A stretch of DNA of 64,000 bases from assembly GCA_035437945.1 (NCBI GenBank), contig DAOMZG010000002.1:1020-65019 (forward strand), written 5' to 3'. The notes under the pieces are model-generated. The model saw only the letters and a program-made list of their open reading frames with translations, searched no databases and had not been told where the DNA came from. Source of the stretch: Verrucomicrobiota bacterium. GTDB taxonomy: Bacteria > Verrucomicrobiota > Verrucomicrobiia > Limisphaerales > UBA9464. The number at the start of each line of letters is the position of its first letter. Position 1 is the stretch's first letter. The translations under genes and the position numbers were made by a program. Shown here in pieces: positions 1-9,398 of this stretch.

Positions 1-1092
1 ATCTACAAAGTGGGAATGCCCGCCAAGAGTGGTGTGGCAGGCGGCCTCTTGGCAGTGTTGCCGGGGCAATTGGGCGTCGGGGTCTTCTCGCCACCGCTCG
101 ACGCCAAGGGTAATAGCGTCCGCGGTATCCGCGTGTGTTACGACCTGGCCCACGACTTCGGCCTGCACCTTTTCAATACACCGCGAGTCGTCACCTCCGC
201 CTTGCGCCACGCCCGCACCGGCGCCGAAGTGCGGAGTCGGCGGATCCGGGTTAAGGCCGAGCTGGATCTCCTCCGAGCCCACGGCCGGTCGATCCGCATC
301 TATTCGCTCCGGGGACGTCTGATTTTTGCCTCGCTGGAGCCGGTCATGCGCGCGGTCCTCGAAGAGGCGGGGGGGAACACACACGTGATCCTCGACCTTT
401 CACAAGTAGTCGACCTCGATCGGGCCTGTTGCCGACTTTTGTTCGAGCTGCGAGATCAGTTAATCCGCCAAGGCGTTCGAACCCACTTCACCGGCGCGGA
501 GGATAAGCTGCTGCTGCGTGATTATGTGGTCGCGAGGTTACAGGAGGACGGCTGGGAATCACTTTGTGCCTTCGCCACCGTGGATCAGGCGTTGGAAGCC
601 TGTGAGAATGAACTCTTGCGCCGACACGGCTCTGAGCGGCCCCCCGCTGACGAGGTGCCACTACCTGACCATGAATTGTGCCGCGGACTCACGCCCGAGG
701 AGATCGACGACCTATCGAAACGTTTGACCCGAATCGAATACCCGGCCGGAGCCGAAGTGTTTGCCGCCGGATCAGTCGCCGACGCGATGTATTTCCTCGT
801 TCGTGGCGAAGTCGGAATCTTCCTCAAAACATCCGACTCGGGAGAACAACTCATCAGCCGGCTAGGACCGGGAACGAGCTTTGGCGAAGTAGCGCTGGTC
901 GATCGCGAACCCCGATCCGCCACCGTCCGAGCGCTCGAACCGATCCAAACGTGGCGCCTGGCCTTTGATCGCTTTGACCGCCTTGGATTGGAAGGCTCGG
1001 GACAAATCCAGACCAAGTTATACGGCAATCTGGCGAGTGTCCTGGCGGCCCGATTGCGCAGCGCGAACGCGGAGATCCGCAGCCTAAAATGA
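1..1092 (+). CDS. glsA: Glutaminase, C-terminal part (5' end off-window), fused to STAS-like and cyclic-nucleotide-binding domains
   Basis: Frame 1 is open from nt 1 ([22 protein letters not shown]..., the conserved glutaminase PAKSGV(A/S)GG region). The middle part looks like a STAS/anti-sigma-antagonist fold. The C-terminus carries cNMP-binding hallmarks (FGEVALVD...PRSATVRA). Stop is TGA 1090-1092. Confidence 0.8.
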   Translation: MYKVGMPAKSGVAGGLLAVLPGQLGVGVFSPPLDAKGNSVRGIRVCYDLAHDFGLHLFNTPRVVTSALRHARTGAEVRSRRIRVKAELDLLRAHGRSIRIYSLRGRLIFASLEPVMRAVLEEAGGNTHVILDLSQVVDLDRACCRLLFELRDQLIRQGVRTHFTGAEDKLLLRDYVVARLQEDGWESLCAFATVDQALEACENELLRRHGSERPPADEVPLPDHELCRGLTPEEIDDLSKRLTRIEYPAGAEVFAAGSVADAMYFLVRGEVGIFLKTSDSGEQLISRLGPGTSFGEVALVDREPRSATVRALEPIQTWRLAFDRFDRLGLEGSGQIQTKLYGNLASVLAARLRSANAEIRSLK

Positions 1093-2252
1093 GTAAAGAA
1101 ATTGAGGACGAACGTTCCCGCCGTTGGCGCCTCATTTTGGGTGGCGCGGCCGATGATCCCGCCGGCGGCTTAAAAGCTCTCGCCGGCGCCGACCTGGCAA
1201 TGGACCAGGCGCTCAGTGCCCTTTACGAGAGCGACCGCCGCGGGGGACTCGGCTCGTCATGTCCCAATGTGGCCCGGTGGCTCGGCGACATCCGACAATA
1301 CTTTCCGACGTCCGTCGTCCAGGTGATGCAAAAGGACGCCCTCGAGCGACTGGATTTGAAGCAGATGCTGTTTGAGCCGGAATTGTTGAAAACCGTCGAG
1401 CCGGACGTGCAGCTCGTGTCGCAGTTGCTCGCGCTCAAAAACATTTTGCCCAACAAAACCAAAGACACGGCGCGAGCCGTCGTTCAAAAGGTCGTGGATG
1501 AACTCAAGCGCAAGCTCGAACAACCCACGCGACAGGCCGTGATCGGGAGTTTAAATCGGGCCTCCCGTAATCGTCGGCCTCGCCCCAACGAAATCGACTG
1601 GCATCGGACCATTCGCGCCAATCTCAAGCATTACCAACCCGAACACCGCACCCTGATTCCGGAAGCTCGGATCGGTTTTGGGCGCCGCCGATCCTCATTG
1701 CGCGACATCGTGCTCTGCGTAGACCAAAGCGGCTCGATGGCGTCCAGTGTGGTGTACGCCGGCGTTTTCAGCGCCGTCTTGGCGAGCCTGCCCAGTGTGA
1801 GCACCACGATGGTGGTGTTTGACACGGCCGTGGTTGACTTGACCGATAAACTGACCGACCCGGTGGAAGTGCTGTTCGGCACTCAACTGGGTGGCGGCAC
1901 CGATATCAATCTAGCACTCGCTTACTGCCAGGGCCGAATCCGCAACCCGCAAGACACTATTTTGGTCTTAATTAGTGATCTCTTCGAAGGTGGCGAGGCG
2001 AGGGAAATGCTGAAGCGAATGGCCACGCTGGTCGCATCCGGCGTCCAAGTTATCGGCCTGCTGGCGCTCAACGACGAGGGCGCCCCGATGTTCGACCAAA
2101 ACCACGCCGCCGCGTTCGCGGCGCTCGGTATTTCTGCCTTCGCTTGTACCCCGGACTTGTTCCCCGACCTGATGGCGGCCGCAATCCAGCGTCAGGACAT
2201 TGGACGTTGGGTAGCCGCTCAAGGCATCGTGACCTCGCGCGCTCGGAGTTAA
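1089..2252 (+). CDS. von Willebrand factor A (VWA) domain protein
   Basis: MIDAS-type motif in [13 protein letters not shown], followed by a TQLGGGTDI and ISDLFEGG pattern. The N-terminal RWRLILGG helical region is typical of VWA proteins that usually partner AAA+/MoxR ATPases. ATGA overlap with the upstream stop. Confidence 0.75.
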   Translation: MSKEIEDERSRRWRLILGGAADDPAGGLKALAGADLAMDQALSALYESDRRGGLGSSCPNVARWLGDIRQYFPTSVVQVMQKDALERLDLKQMLFEPELLKTVEPDVQLVSQLLALKNILPNKTKDTARAVVQKVVDELKRKLEQPTRQAVIGSLNRASRNRRPRPNEIDWHRTIRANLKHYQPEHRTLIPEARIGFGRRRSSLRDIVLCVDQSGSMASSVVYAGVFSAVLASLPSVSTTMVVFDTAVVDLTDKLTDPVEVLFGTQLGGGTDINLALAYCQGRIRNPQDTILVLISDLFEGGEAREMLKRMATLVASGVQVIGLLALNDEGAPMFDQNHAAAFAALGISAFACTPDLFPDLMAAAIQRQDIGRWVAAQGIVTSRARS

Positions 2253-2309
2253 TGACCGGTTCCAGAATCTGGAACCGGAGCCACGAACTTGGCCCCGGCG
2301 CTCCCATAT

Positions 2310-3071
2310 CTACGGCTCCATGTCGCGGGTGTAATAGAGAATCCGAGTGCAATTGGGACAAAACACCAATTCCTGCTGAGCCTTGGCTTTCAGGAAATCC
2401 TGCTGGGTCAGTTTCATGTGGCAGCCGCCGCAAATGGCCCCAGTAACCCCCACGACGACATTGTCGCCTCTTTTTTCCACCAGGCGGTCATACTTACTCA
2501 GCGTTCCCGGGTCCACATCGGCCGCGAGGCGCTGTCGATCACCACGAATGGCCGCGAGGTCCGCGGTTAGGTTTCCTTCCCGGGCAGCAAGGTCGGAGAT
2601 CAGCTTATCCACAGTGGCCTTTTCCGTGGCCGCCAATTGCGCGGCGGCTGCCAGCTCTCGAGTAGCCGTTTCGGCCTGCTCCATCAATACCAACTCCTGA
2701 TCTTCCAACGCGGTAATCTCGCTGCGCGTCGTGTCAATTTGGTGGGTGAAACGTCGGTATTCCTCGTTGCTTTTGGTTGCCCCTTGCTGGGTTTCAATTT
2801 TGCGGATGAATTCTTCCTTCGACTTCACCTCAAGCTCCAAGCGCTTGCGTTCGCTTTCGAGGTGGCGAGTTCGCTGTTTCAGATCGTCGGCGGCGGCCGC
2901 ATTGCGAGCCGCGCGCTCCTGCAACCGGCGGCGCTGAAGCGGCAGGTCGGCCAGCTCAGTCTCCAACCGGAGGCGTTTGCGGTCGCGGTCCTGTAGCACC
3001 AAGAGCCGCTCAATCACTGGAAGCATCGGCGGGAACGCTATCGACGGCACCCACTGAGGGTCAATGGCCAC
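2310..3071 (-). CDS. Coiled-coil protein with C-terminal C4 zinc ribbon (COG1579-like)
   Basis: Long heptad-like E/R/L/A-rich region, then CGGCHMKL...FCPNCTRILY (CxxC...CxxC). Confidence 0.6.
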   Translation of the reverse strand: MAIDPQWVPSIAFPPMLPVIERLLVLQDRDRKRLRLETELADLPLQRRRLQERAARNAAAADDLKQRTRHLESERKRLELEVKSKEEFIRKIETQQGATKSNEEYRRFTHQIDTTRSEITALEDQELVLMEQAETATRELAAAAQLAATEKATVDKLISDLAAREGNLTADLAAIRGDRQRLAADVDPGTLSKYDRLVEKRGDNVVVGVTGAICGGCHMKLTQQDFLKAKAQQELVFCPNCTRILYYTRDMEP

Positions 3072-3114
3072 GGCGGACAGTTGCAGGATATGCTCGGAGT
3101 TTTACTCTGCGCTC

Positions 3115-4608
3115 ATGCGATGGACGCGCAGCGTCGGGTTGACGGCGGTAGCACTCTCGATGACCGCAGTGGGCATCGAAGCGTGGACCGCGGATCGGCC
3201 CATCAGCCCGGCCCGGGAGCTGGCGCGCCAGTTGGATCAGGCGTTTGTCGAAGTCGCCGACGAAGTGTCACCCGCGGTGGTGGTGATCGATGTCGCGCAG
3301 CGGGACGAGGACACTGAAGAAACCCCGGCCGCTCGGCACCCGTGGTTCGATTTACTGCCCGAAGAATGGCGCGGCCCATTCCGTCGTGACCGAGCGGAAT
3401 CGGACGACAAACCACCCGGACCCCCGGAGTTCAATGGGCAAGGATCCGGCATGATCATCGACCCGGAAGGGCGGATACTAACCAATCACCATGTCGTCGA
3501 GGACGCTGAACGCATTCGCGTTCGGCTCAAAGACGGCCGCTCCTTTGAAGCCGAAGTCCGGGGTCTGGATGCAACTTCGGATCTCGCCGTGCTGCAGTTG
3601 AAAGGCGCTCCCAAGGATCTGCCGGTCGTAAGGTTCGGAGATTCCGATGCGGTGCGGATTGGGCAGTTCGCGATCGCTATTGGGGCTCCCTTTCGGCTCG
3701 ACTACACCATTACCTATGGACACGTCAGCGCTAAAGGGCGCACATCGGTGGTACCTTCGATGCTGGGTGGCGGGATGATGGAGCAGGATTTCCTCCAAAC
3801 CGACGCCAATATCAATCCGGGAAACTCAGGGGGGCCACTGGTCAACATTGACGGTGAAGTCATCGGCGTGATCTCGATGATTCGCGGACTCAATTCCGGA
3901 ATTGGCTTCGCGATCCCAGCCAATCTAGCGCGCGAAATTGGCGCCCGGTTAGTTGCGGACGGCAAGTTCGTGCGTTCGTGGTTGGGATTGTCGATCAGTT
4001 CGTTGCGCGACGAAGAGGAAGTTCAGGCTTTGGTGCCCGGGTTGGCCGATGGCGTCGTGGTCATCGACGTCCGGCCAGACGGCCCGGCCCGCGAGGCAAG
4101 ACCTGCTCTGGAGGCGAGAGACGTCATCATCGCTGTCGATGGAAAAACCGTCACGAACCCAGCCGATTTTAAGTCGCAAGTTAGCCGCAAACCGCCCGGA
4201 AGTGTGGTTCTGCTCAAGGTTCAAAGGCAGGCGGAATCGCTTCAGGTCGAAGTGGTGGCGGCCGAAAAGCCGGCCCGGATCCCGCTGATTGGGCGAACTC
4301 GCCCGAGCCCAGCGGAGCGTGAATCCTACTTCCTAGGAATGACGCTCAAAGTGTTGTCCTCGGCCGAAGCAAAAAAGGCCCAAGTCGCGGGTGGGATTGT
4401 GGTCACTCAACTCGAGGCCGATAGCGTCGCGGCCGCCCGCGGAGTCCTAGTAGGGGACGTCATCACGGAGATCAACCATCGGCCGGTGACGTCGAACCGT
4501 CAGGTTTCTGAGGCCATTCAGAATGCCAATTTGGCTCGAGGTGTGGTGTTGAACTTCACTCGCGACGGCAAGAGCGACTACCGGATCTTGAAGGATGCGG
4601 AAGAGTGA
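3115..4608 (+). CDS. htrA: HtrA/DegP-family periplasmic serine protease with two PDZ domains
   Basis: TNHHVV (His), DLAVLQL (Asp) and the GNSGGPL catalytic Ser motif; PDZ-like C-terminal halves. ORF opens at 3064, but ATG 3115 precedes a signal-like MRWTRSVGLTAVALSMTAV. Confidence 0.85.
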   Translation: MRWTRSVGLTAVALSMTAVGIEAWTADRPISPARELARQLDQAFVEVADEVSPAVVVIDVAQRDEDTEETPAARHPWFDLLPEEWRGPFRRDRAESDDKPPGPPEFNGQGSGMIIDPEGRILTNHHVVEDAERIRVRLKDGRSFEAEVRGLDATSDLAVLQLKGAPKDLPVVRFGDSDAVRIGQFAIAIGAPFRLDYTITYGHVSAKGRTSVVPSMLGGGMMEQDFLQTDANINPGNSGGPLVNIDGEVIGVISMIRGLNSGIGFAIPANLAREIGARLVADGKFVRSWLGLSISSLRDEEEVQALVPGLADGVVVIDVRPDGPAREARPALEARDVIIAVDGKTVTNPADFKSQVSRKPPGSVVLLKVQRQAESLQVEVVAAEKPARIPLIGRTRPSPAERESYFLGMTLKVLSSAEAKKAQVAGGIVVTQLEADSVAAARGVLVGDVITEINHRPVTSNRQVSEAIQNANLARGVVLNFTRDGKSDYRILKDAEE

Positions 4609-4694
4609 AGCCGGGGATCTACGATCAGCGCGATTCGGTCGAACCGCGGTTCTTCTCAGCTTCTTCCGCCGTGCTATGGCTCAGCCTGATCAGG

Positions 4695-5144
4695 CTACTT
4701 GGCCACTGGCTTGCCCGCCTGTTTCCAGGCCGTTAAGCCTCCTTCCAGGTTGATCAGGTTGGTGAACCCGAGCGATTCCATCTTGGTGCACGCCTTGGCG
4801 CTTCGCACGCCGGCCGCGCAGTGCACCAAATACTGTTTCGATTTGTCCAAATTGGCCAGTCGCTCCGCGAAATCGGGTGCCTTGAAGTCCAGCAATACAG
4901 CCCCCGGCAAATGGCCCTGCGCGAATTCCGACGGAGTTCGGACGTCCAAGATCACCGCGTTCGTGTTGGATCGGAGTTTGTCGAATTGTTCTACCCCAAG
5001 ATTCTTGGTCACCGGGGGCTTGGCGGTCGAAGCAGAGGAAGCACCCGTGGTCCCAGGGGATGCGCCGCGAGGCTCCTGAGCCCGCAGCCGTCCCACGGTA
5101 AGATAAACAAGCAGGACGAGCAGGACGGCCGCCAGGTAAAGCAT
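4695..5144 (-). CDS. Rhodanese-like sulfurtransferase domain protein with N-terminal membrane anchor/signal
   Basis: VILDVRTPSEFAQGHLPGAV and active-site loop HCAAGVRS. ATG at 5144 begins the hydrophobic MLYLAAVLLVLLVYL; the ORF track extends to 5243. Confidence 0.8.
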   Translation of the reverse strand: MLYLAAVLLVLLVYLTVGRLRAQEPRGASPGTTGASSASTAKPPVTKNLGVEQFDKLRSNTNAVILDVRTPSEFAQGHLPGAVLLDFKAPDFAERLANLDKSKQYLVHCAAGVRSAKACTKMESLGFTNLINLEGGLTAWKQAGKPVAK

Positions 5145-5232
5145 GGTTTTCACTTGTGGGTGATCCGAATGAAGCGGACTCGGTGGGCAATGGCAATTGC
5201 GGTTTAGCCCACCAGAGTTTACATCCCCGGCC

Positions 5233-6303
5233 ATGCGCTTCATTGGTGGCGTTTACGAGAAGCTCCAGCGGCATCCAAAACGGATCGTTTTCCCGGAGGG
5301 CACCGAGCCCCGAGTGTTGCAGGCCGCGCGACAATTCTATTCTTTGAGGTTGGGCGTTCCCATTCTTCTTGGAGATCGCCAAGAGGTGAAGTCCGCCGCC
5401 GAGGCCCTAAGCGTCAACCTCGAGGGCATCCGTTTGATCAATCCGACCCAAAGCTCCGACCTGGACAGCTTCGTCAAACGTTTCGTGCTGATTCGTCGCG
5501 GGAAAGGGATCGCGGAAGCGGAGGCGCGGGAGGCGATGACCAAACCCAACTATTTTGGGGCAATGATGGTCGCGATGAAACAAGCCGACGGCTTGGTTTC
5601 GGGTGCGAGCGAGATCTCTGGCGGTGTCCTGCGGCCGCTATTTCAGATCATCAAAGTGGCCCCCCGAACGACGACCGCTTCATCATGCATGGTCATGGAG
5701 GTCGAAGATACGCGCTTCGGAGAAAAGGGAGTCCTGTTCATGGGCGATTGCGGTGTCATTCCGGATCCGTCGGTGGAACAACTGGCCGAAATCGGACTGA
5801 GCATCGCTCGGCTGGCGCGCCAAATATTGGGAACGCGACCTCGGGTGGCGTTCCTGAGCTATTCCACCCAAGGCAGCGCGACTCATCCGAGTGTGCTCAA
5901 GGTCAGGGCTGCTACGGCGCTCGCCCAGCAGCGGGCCAACGCCGAATCGTTTGACGCTGATTTCGATGGGGAACTCCAGGTCGACGCGGCCTTAATCCCC
6001 GAAATCGCGGCGCGGAAACTGCCGGAAAGTCGTGTGGCTGGCCGCGCCAACGTACTGGTCTTTCCGGACCTCAACTCTGGCAACATCGCCCACAAGCTCA
6101 TTCAGCATATCGCGCGCGCCAACGCCTACGGTCAGATCCTCTTGGGCCTGGATCGTCCCGCCGCCGACCTATCCCGCGGTAGCTCGGCGCACGACATCTT
6201 GGGCGTGGCCGCGATCATCGGCCTCCAAAGCATCGAGTATAATAAGCTTTATCCCGGCGCCGGCGACGCGCTTCCTGGAGACATTCATATTCCGGGGGAG
6301 TGA
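5233..6303 (+). CDS. pta: Phosphate acetyltransferase, catalytic PTA_PTB domain only
   Basis: KRIVFPEG, ADGLVSGA and DLNSGNIAHKL motifs. About 356 aa, which is the short-type Pta size. ATG 5233 chosen over the ORF-track start 5197. Confidence 0.85.
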   Translation: MRFIGGVYEKLQRHPKRIVFPEGTEPRVLQAARQFYSLRLGVPILLGDRQEVKSAAEALSVNLEGIRLINPTQSSDLDSFVKRFVLIRRGKGIAEAEAREAMTKPNYFGAMMVAMKQADGLVSGASEISGGVLRPLFQIIKVAPRTTTASSCMVMEVEDTRFGEKGVLFMGDCGVIPDPSVEQLAEIGLSIARLARQILGTRPRVAFLSYSTQGSATHPSVLKVRAATALAQQRANAESFDADFDGELQVDAALIPEIAARKLPESRVAGRANVLVFPDLNSGNIAHKLIQHIARANAYGQILLGLDRPAADLSRGSSAHDILGVAAIIGLQSIEYNKLYPGAGDALPGDIHIPGE

Positions 6304-6371
6304 GCCCTTACGTGGAATCACTCAGCTTGACTCGTCCTGCCTGACTTACCCACTCAACGTCGCTTTTCGCC

Positions 6372-7520
6372 GTGCTGCTAAACACTGCCACTCCCCGGGT
6401 TTTTATCGCGGCCACGCGGCAAAACGACGGAAAAACCACCAATTCGCTGGGCCTGTTGGCGGCGCTCCAGCGGCGGTTCGGTCGCATCGGCTATATCAAA
6501 CCGGTCGGCCAACGCTTCGTCGAAATTGACGCCGAAAAGATTGATGAAGATTCGGTGTTGATGGACCGGGTGTTTCGATTGAATTGCCCGCTGGTGGACA
6601 TGTCGCCCATTGCCGTCGAACCCGACTTCACGCGGCGCTACCTGCAATCATCGAACTTCGATGTGCTGGTGAAGAGGATTCACAAAGCATTCGATCGCGT
6701 GGCCTGGGAAAAAGATTTCGTTCTTTGCGAGGGCACCGGGCACGCCGGAGTCGGCAGTGTTTTCGACCTGAGCAATGCGACGGTCGCGCGCGTGTTGAAT
6801 GCCAAGGTGGTTATCGTCACGCGCGGCGGAATTGGACTGCCCATCGATGAAGTCACGTTGAACCGCGCCTTGTTTGAGAAGGAAGGAGTCGAGGTCATCG
6901 GTGTGATTCTCAATAAGGTTCTTCCCGAAAAGCTCGATTATATCTCGGAGTTTGCCGAGAAGGGACTCCGCCGAAAAGGACTCAAACTATTAGGCGTCGT
7001 CCCCCATCTCCCGATTCTGTCGAGTCCGACGGTTGATCTCATTCGGGAAGATTTGCGCGCGCAAGTGCTCAACTCCTCCCGGCAGGTTCACAATATCGTG
7101 GATCGGGTCATCATCGGCGCCATGAGCGCCGCGCAAGCCACCGCACGATTTAAGCGCGGCGTCTTGCTCATCGTGCCGGCGGACCGAAGCGACATTATCA
7201 AAGCGGCTGGTGAATACTTGGAGCGAGGGGGACATTTGGCGGGAATCGTCTTATCGGACGACATTCCTCCGTCGTCTTCGGTCCTCAAGCATGCGGCTCA
7301 ATTCTCCTGTCCAGTGCTTTGGTCGGATTCCGATAGCTACACGGTCGCGAGCCGGGTCCATGACCTGATTGTGAAAATCCGCCCCGACGACACTGAGAAG
7401 ATCAAGCTCGTCCAGGAGTTGATCGCGACGCACGTGAAGCTGGACAAAATTCTGGAGGCACTCGAAGGCGGGGGCCGTTGCGGACAAGGCCGAAAAGCAG
7501 TCCCACCGCCGCAGGTTTGA
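6372..7520 (+). CDS. P-loop (CobQ/BioD-like) plus DRTGG-domain protein resembling the N-terminal regulatory half of long-type Pta
   Basis: The N-terminus VFIAATRQNDGKTTNSLGL is a deviant Walker-A as in the Pta N-terminal/AAA_26 domain. The later block LLIVPADRSDIIKAAG...LAGIVLSD matches the DRTGG-domain position. Confidence 0.6.
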   Translation: MLLNTATPRVFIAATRQNDGKTTNSLGLLAALQRRFGRIGYIKPVGQRFVEIDAEKIDEDSVLMDRVFRLNCPLVDMSPIAVEPDFTRRYLQSSNFDVLVKRIHKAFDRVAWEKDFVLCEGTGHAGVGSVFDLSNATVARVLNAKVVIVTRGGIGLPIDEVTLNRALFEKEGVEVIGVILNKVLPEKLDYISEFAEKGLRRKGLKLLGVVPHLPILSSPTVDLIREDLRAQVLNSSRQVHNIVDRVIIGAMSAAQATARFKRGVLLIVPADRSDIIKAAGEYLERGGHLAGIVLSDDIPPSSSVLKHAAQFSCPVLWSDSDSYTVASRVHDLIVKIRPDDTEKIKLVQELIATHVKLDKILEALEGGGRCGQGRKAVPPPQV

Positions 7521-7562
7521 TTGCCGATGGGTTCGCGATCCCGCTAATCTCGCGACACCTCC

Positions 7563-8798
7563 ATGGCTACGATTGCGGTTCTGGGCACGTTCGACACGAA
7601 AGGCGAAGAGCACAGCTACGTCGCAGAATTGATTCGTCAACGCGGGCATCAACCTCTGCTGATTGATGTGGGCACCCTTGAACAGCCCCGCCTGAAGCCG
7701 GATATCGCCCGGGAAGAAATCGCGAAAACCGCCGGAGTGGACCTCGAAGCCCTCGTCGCGCGACGAGACCGGGGTGAGTCGGTCGCCGCGATGACTCGGG
7801 GGGCCCCGTTGGTGCTCGCTCGACTGCAGAGCGAAGGCCGCCTCGACGGTGTGATTTCTCTGGGCGGCGGCGGCGGCACCGCCATTGGCACCGCGGCAAT
7901 GCGGGCCCTTCCCATTGGGTTGCCCAAGCTGATGGTCTCGACTCTCGCCAGCGGCAATATCGCTCCTTACGTCGGTGTTAAGGACATCGTCATGATGCCG
8001 AGTGTGGTCGATATCGCTGGTTTGAATCCGTTATCCCGCAAACTCCTGGCGCAAGCGGCCGGGGCAATTTGCGGAATGGTTGAGGCCAAGCCCCCGTCCG
8101 AAACGGCCGCCCGCCCGGTTATCGTGGCCTCCCAATTCGGGAACACCACGCCGTGCGTCACTCGGGCGCGCCAGCAACTCGAAGCCGTGGGATACGAAGT
8201 AATGATCTTTGCCGCGACGGGTAATGGCGGCCGGACGATGGAGTCCCTCATCGAAAGTGGTCTCGTCGCGGGCGCACTTGACATCACTACCACCGAATGG
8301 GCCGACGAACTTGTGGGAGGCGTCCTAAACGCCGGACCGACCCGTTGCGAAGCAGCGGCCCGGCGAGGCATCCCTGCCGTCGTCGCCCCGGGATGTCTCG
8401 ACATGGTTAATTTCGGGGAACCCGCTTCCATACCCGCGAAGTTTTCCGGTCGCCGTTTTTACCAACACAATGCTCAGGTCACTCTCATGCGGACGAACCC
8501 GGAAGAATGCGCCGAGCTCGGGCGGATTCTGGCTTCCAAGTGCAACCTTTCCATCGGACCAGTGACTTTGTTGATCCCGTTGAAAGGGATCAGCGTAATC
8601 AGTGCCCCCGGGCAACCGTTCCATTGGCCAGAGGCGGACCACGCGTTATTTGGCGAATGGAAGAAACATCTCCGGGCCGACATTCCGGTGGTCGAATACG
8701 ACGGCAATATCAACGATCCTGACTTCGCCGACCTCTGTGTCCGTGAATTATTGAAAAACCTGGCCGGCTCACCGATCGCGGACGGACGGACGAGCTGA
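7563..8798 (+). CDS. UPF0261 / Tm-1-like ATP-binding domain family protein
   Basis: N-terminus IAVLGTFDTKGEE...LIDVG and SLGGGGGT, PKLMVSTLASG blocks are characteristic of UPF0261. Confidence 0.7.
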   Translation: MATIAVLGTFDTKGEEHSYVAELIRQRGHQPLLIDVGTLEQPRLKPDIAREEIAKTAGVDLEALVARRDRGESVAAMTRGAPLVLARLQSEGRLDGVISLGGGGGTAIGTAAMRALPIGLPKLMVSTLASGNIAPYVGVKDIVMMPSVVDIAGLNPLSRKLLAQAAGAICGMVEAKPPSETAARPVIVASQFGNTTPCVTRARQQLEAVGYEVMIFAATGNGGRTMESLIESGLVAGALDITTTEWADELVGGVLNAGPTRCEAAARRGIPAVVAPGCLDMVNFGEPASIPAKFSGRRFYQHNAQVTLMRTNPEECAELGRILASKCNLSIGPVTLLIPLKGISVISAPGQPFHWPEADHALFGEWKKHLRADIPVVEYDGNINDPDFADLCVRELLKNLAGSPIADGRTS

Positions 8799-8938
8799 CT
8801 AAGCGTCCCGGGTGAGGTCAATGAGGTTCAGCGGGGCCGAGGTAGTGAGCCGTGCGATAGGAGGATGTCCCGCGTTTCCTCGGGCCGAGAAAACCCCTTG
8901 CCCGAGTGGATTCGGTCGCTTAACTAACGCCGCCGGTG

Positions 8939-9013
8939 GCCAGCGTAGCTCAGCGGTAGAGCAGGGGACTCATAAGCCCTTGGTCGGAGGTTCGATTCCT
9001 CCCGCTGGCACCA
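8939..9013 (+). tRNA. tRNA with CAU anticodon (elongator Met or lysidine-dependent Ile2), encoded CCA end
   Basis: Hand-folded cloverleaf: acceptor GCCAGCG/CGCTGGC, D arm GCTC-AGCGGTA-GAGC, anticodon loop CTCATAA, variable TGGTC, T arm GGAGG-TTCGATT-CCTCC, discriminator A, CCA. A G1-C72 pair argues against an initiator. Confidence 0.85.
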
Positions 9014-9067
9014 CTTTCGAGATCGATCACCAGCGAAATAGTGCGCTTGGTTAGTGACTGGGGCGAG

Positions 9068-9397
9068 TTAGCCGTTGAGTTCGTTTAGCTTGGTAGCGAC
9101 TTCCTCGAGGGAAAGGCCTTCGATCAGGACGACTTTCTGTCGCGAGGTCGCGCCGCGGATCAATCGGACGAAACGCCGGTGAATCCCCAAGCTTTCCGCA
9201 ATGAACTCGAGCACTGCCTCATTGGCAGCGAAGTCCACCGGGGGCGCCGCTACTTGAAGTTTAAGGGCTGAACCAAGAATTCCAGCGAATCCCGTCCGCC
9301 GCGCCCGCGGTTGTACTTTCAACGTCAGCAGCACTGCGTCGGCGGCCTGAGCCAAGTAAGGAGGGTGATTCATTTTGAGATCCAACGCTCCGGTCAA
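9068..9397 (-). CDS. DUF167 / YggU-family protein
   Basis: LKVQPRARR...LKLQVAAPPVDFAANEAV..FIA..LG...V.LIRGATSRQKVV matches the YggU/UPF0235 pattern. Confidence 0.75.
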   Translation of the reverse strand: MTGALDLKMNHPPYLAQAADAVLLTLKVQPRARRTGFAGILGSALKLQVAAPPVDFAANEAVLEFIAESLGIHRRFVRLIRGATSRQKVVLIEGLSLEEVATKLNELNG

Positions 9398-9398
9398 T

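Noticed and set aside
2536-2552. An ACCACGAATGG match to the CCATTCGTGGTT repeat core inside the COG1579-like CDS.
   Set aside because: It is a single arm with no inverted partner, and it encodes ordinary in-frame residues (AIRGD). I treat it as chance similarity.
4683-4696. A perfect 14-nt palindrome AGCCTGATCAGGCT between convergent htrA and the rhodanese gene, considered as a bidirectional terminator.
   Set aside because: It has no loop, only 7 bp per arm, and no flanking T/A tracts. It also overlaps the rhodanese stop codon. Evidence is too weak to call it a terminator.
8812-9054. An 80-aa ORF overlapping the tRNA, and the possibility of an integrated element at the tRNA.
   Set aside because: The ORF is simply the tRNA read as protein. 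There is no integrase, no direct repeat of the tRNA 3' end, and no composition shift next to the tRNA.
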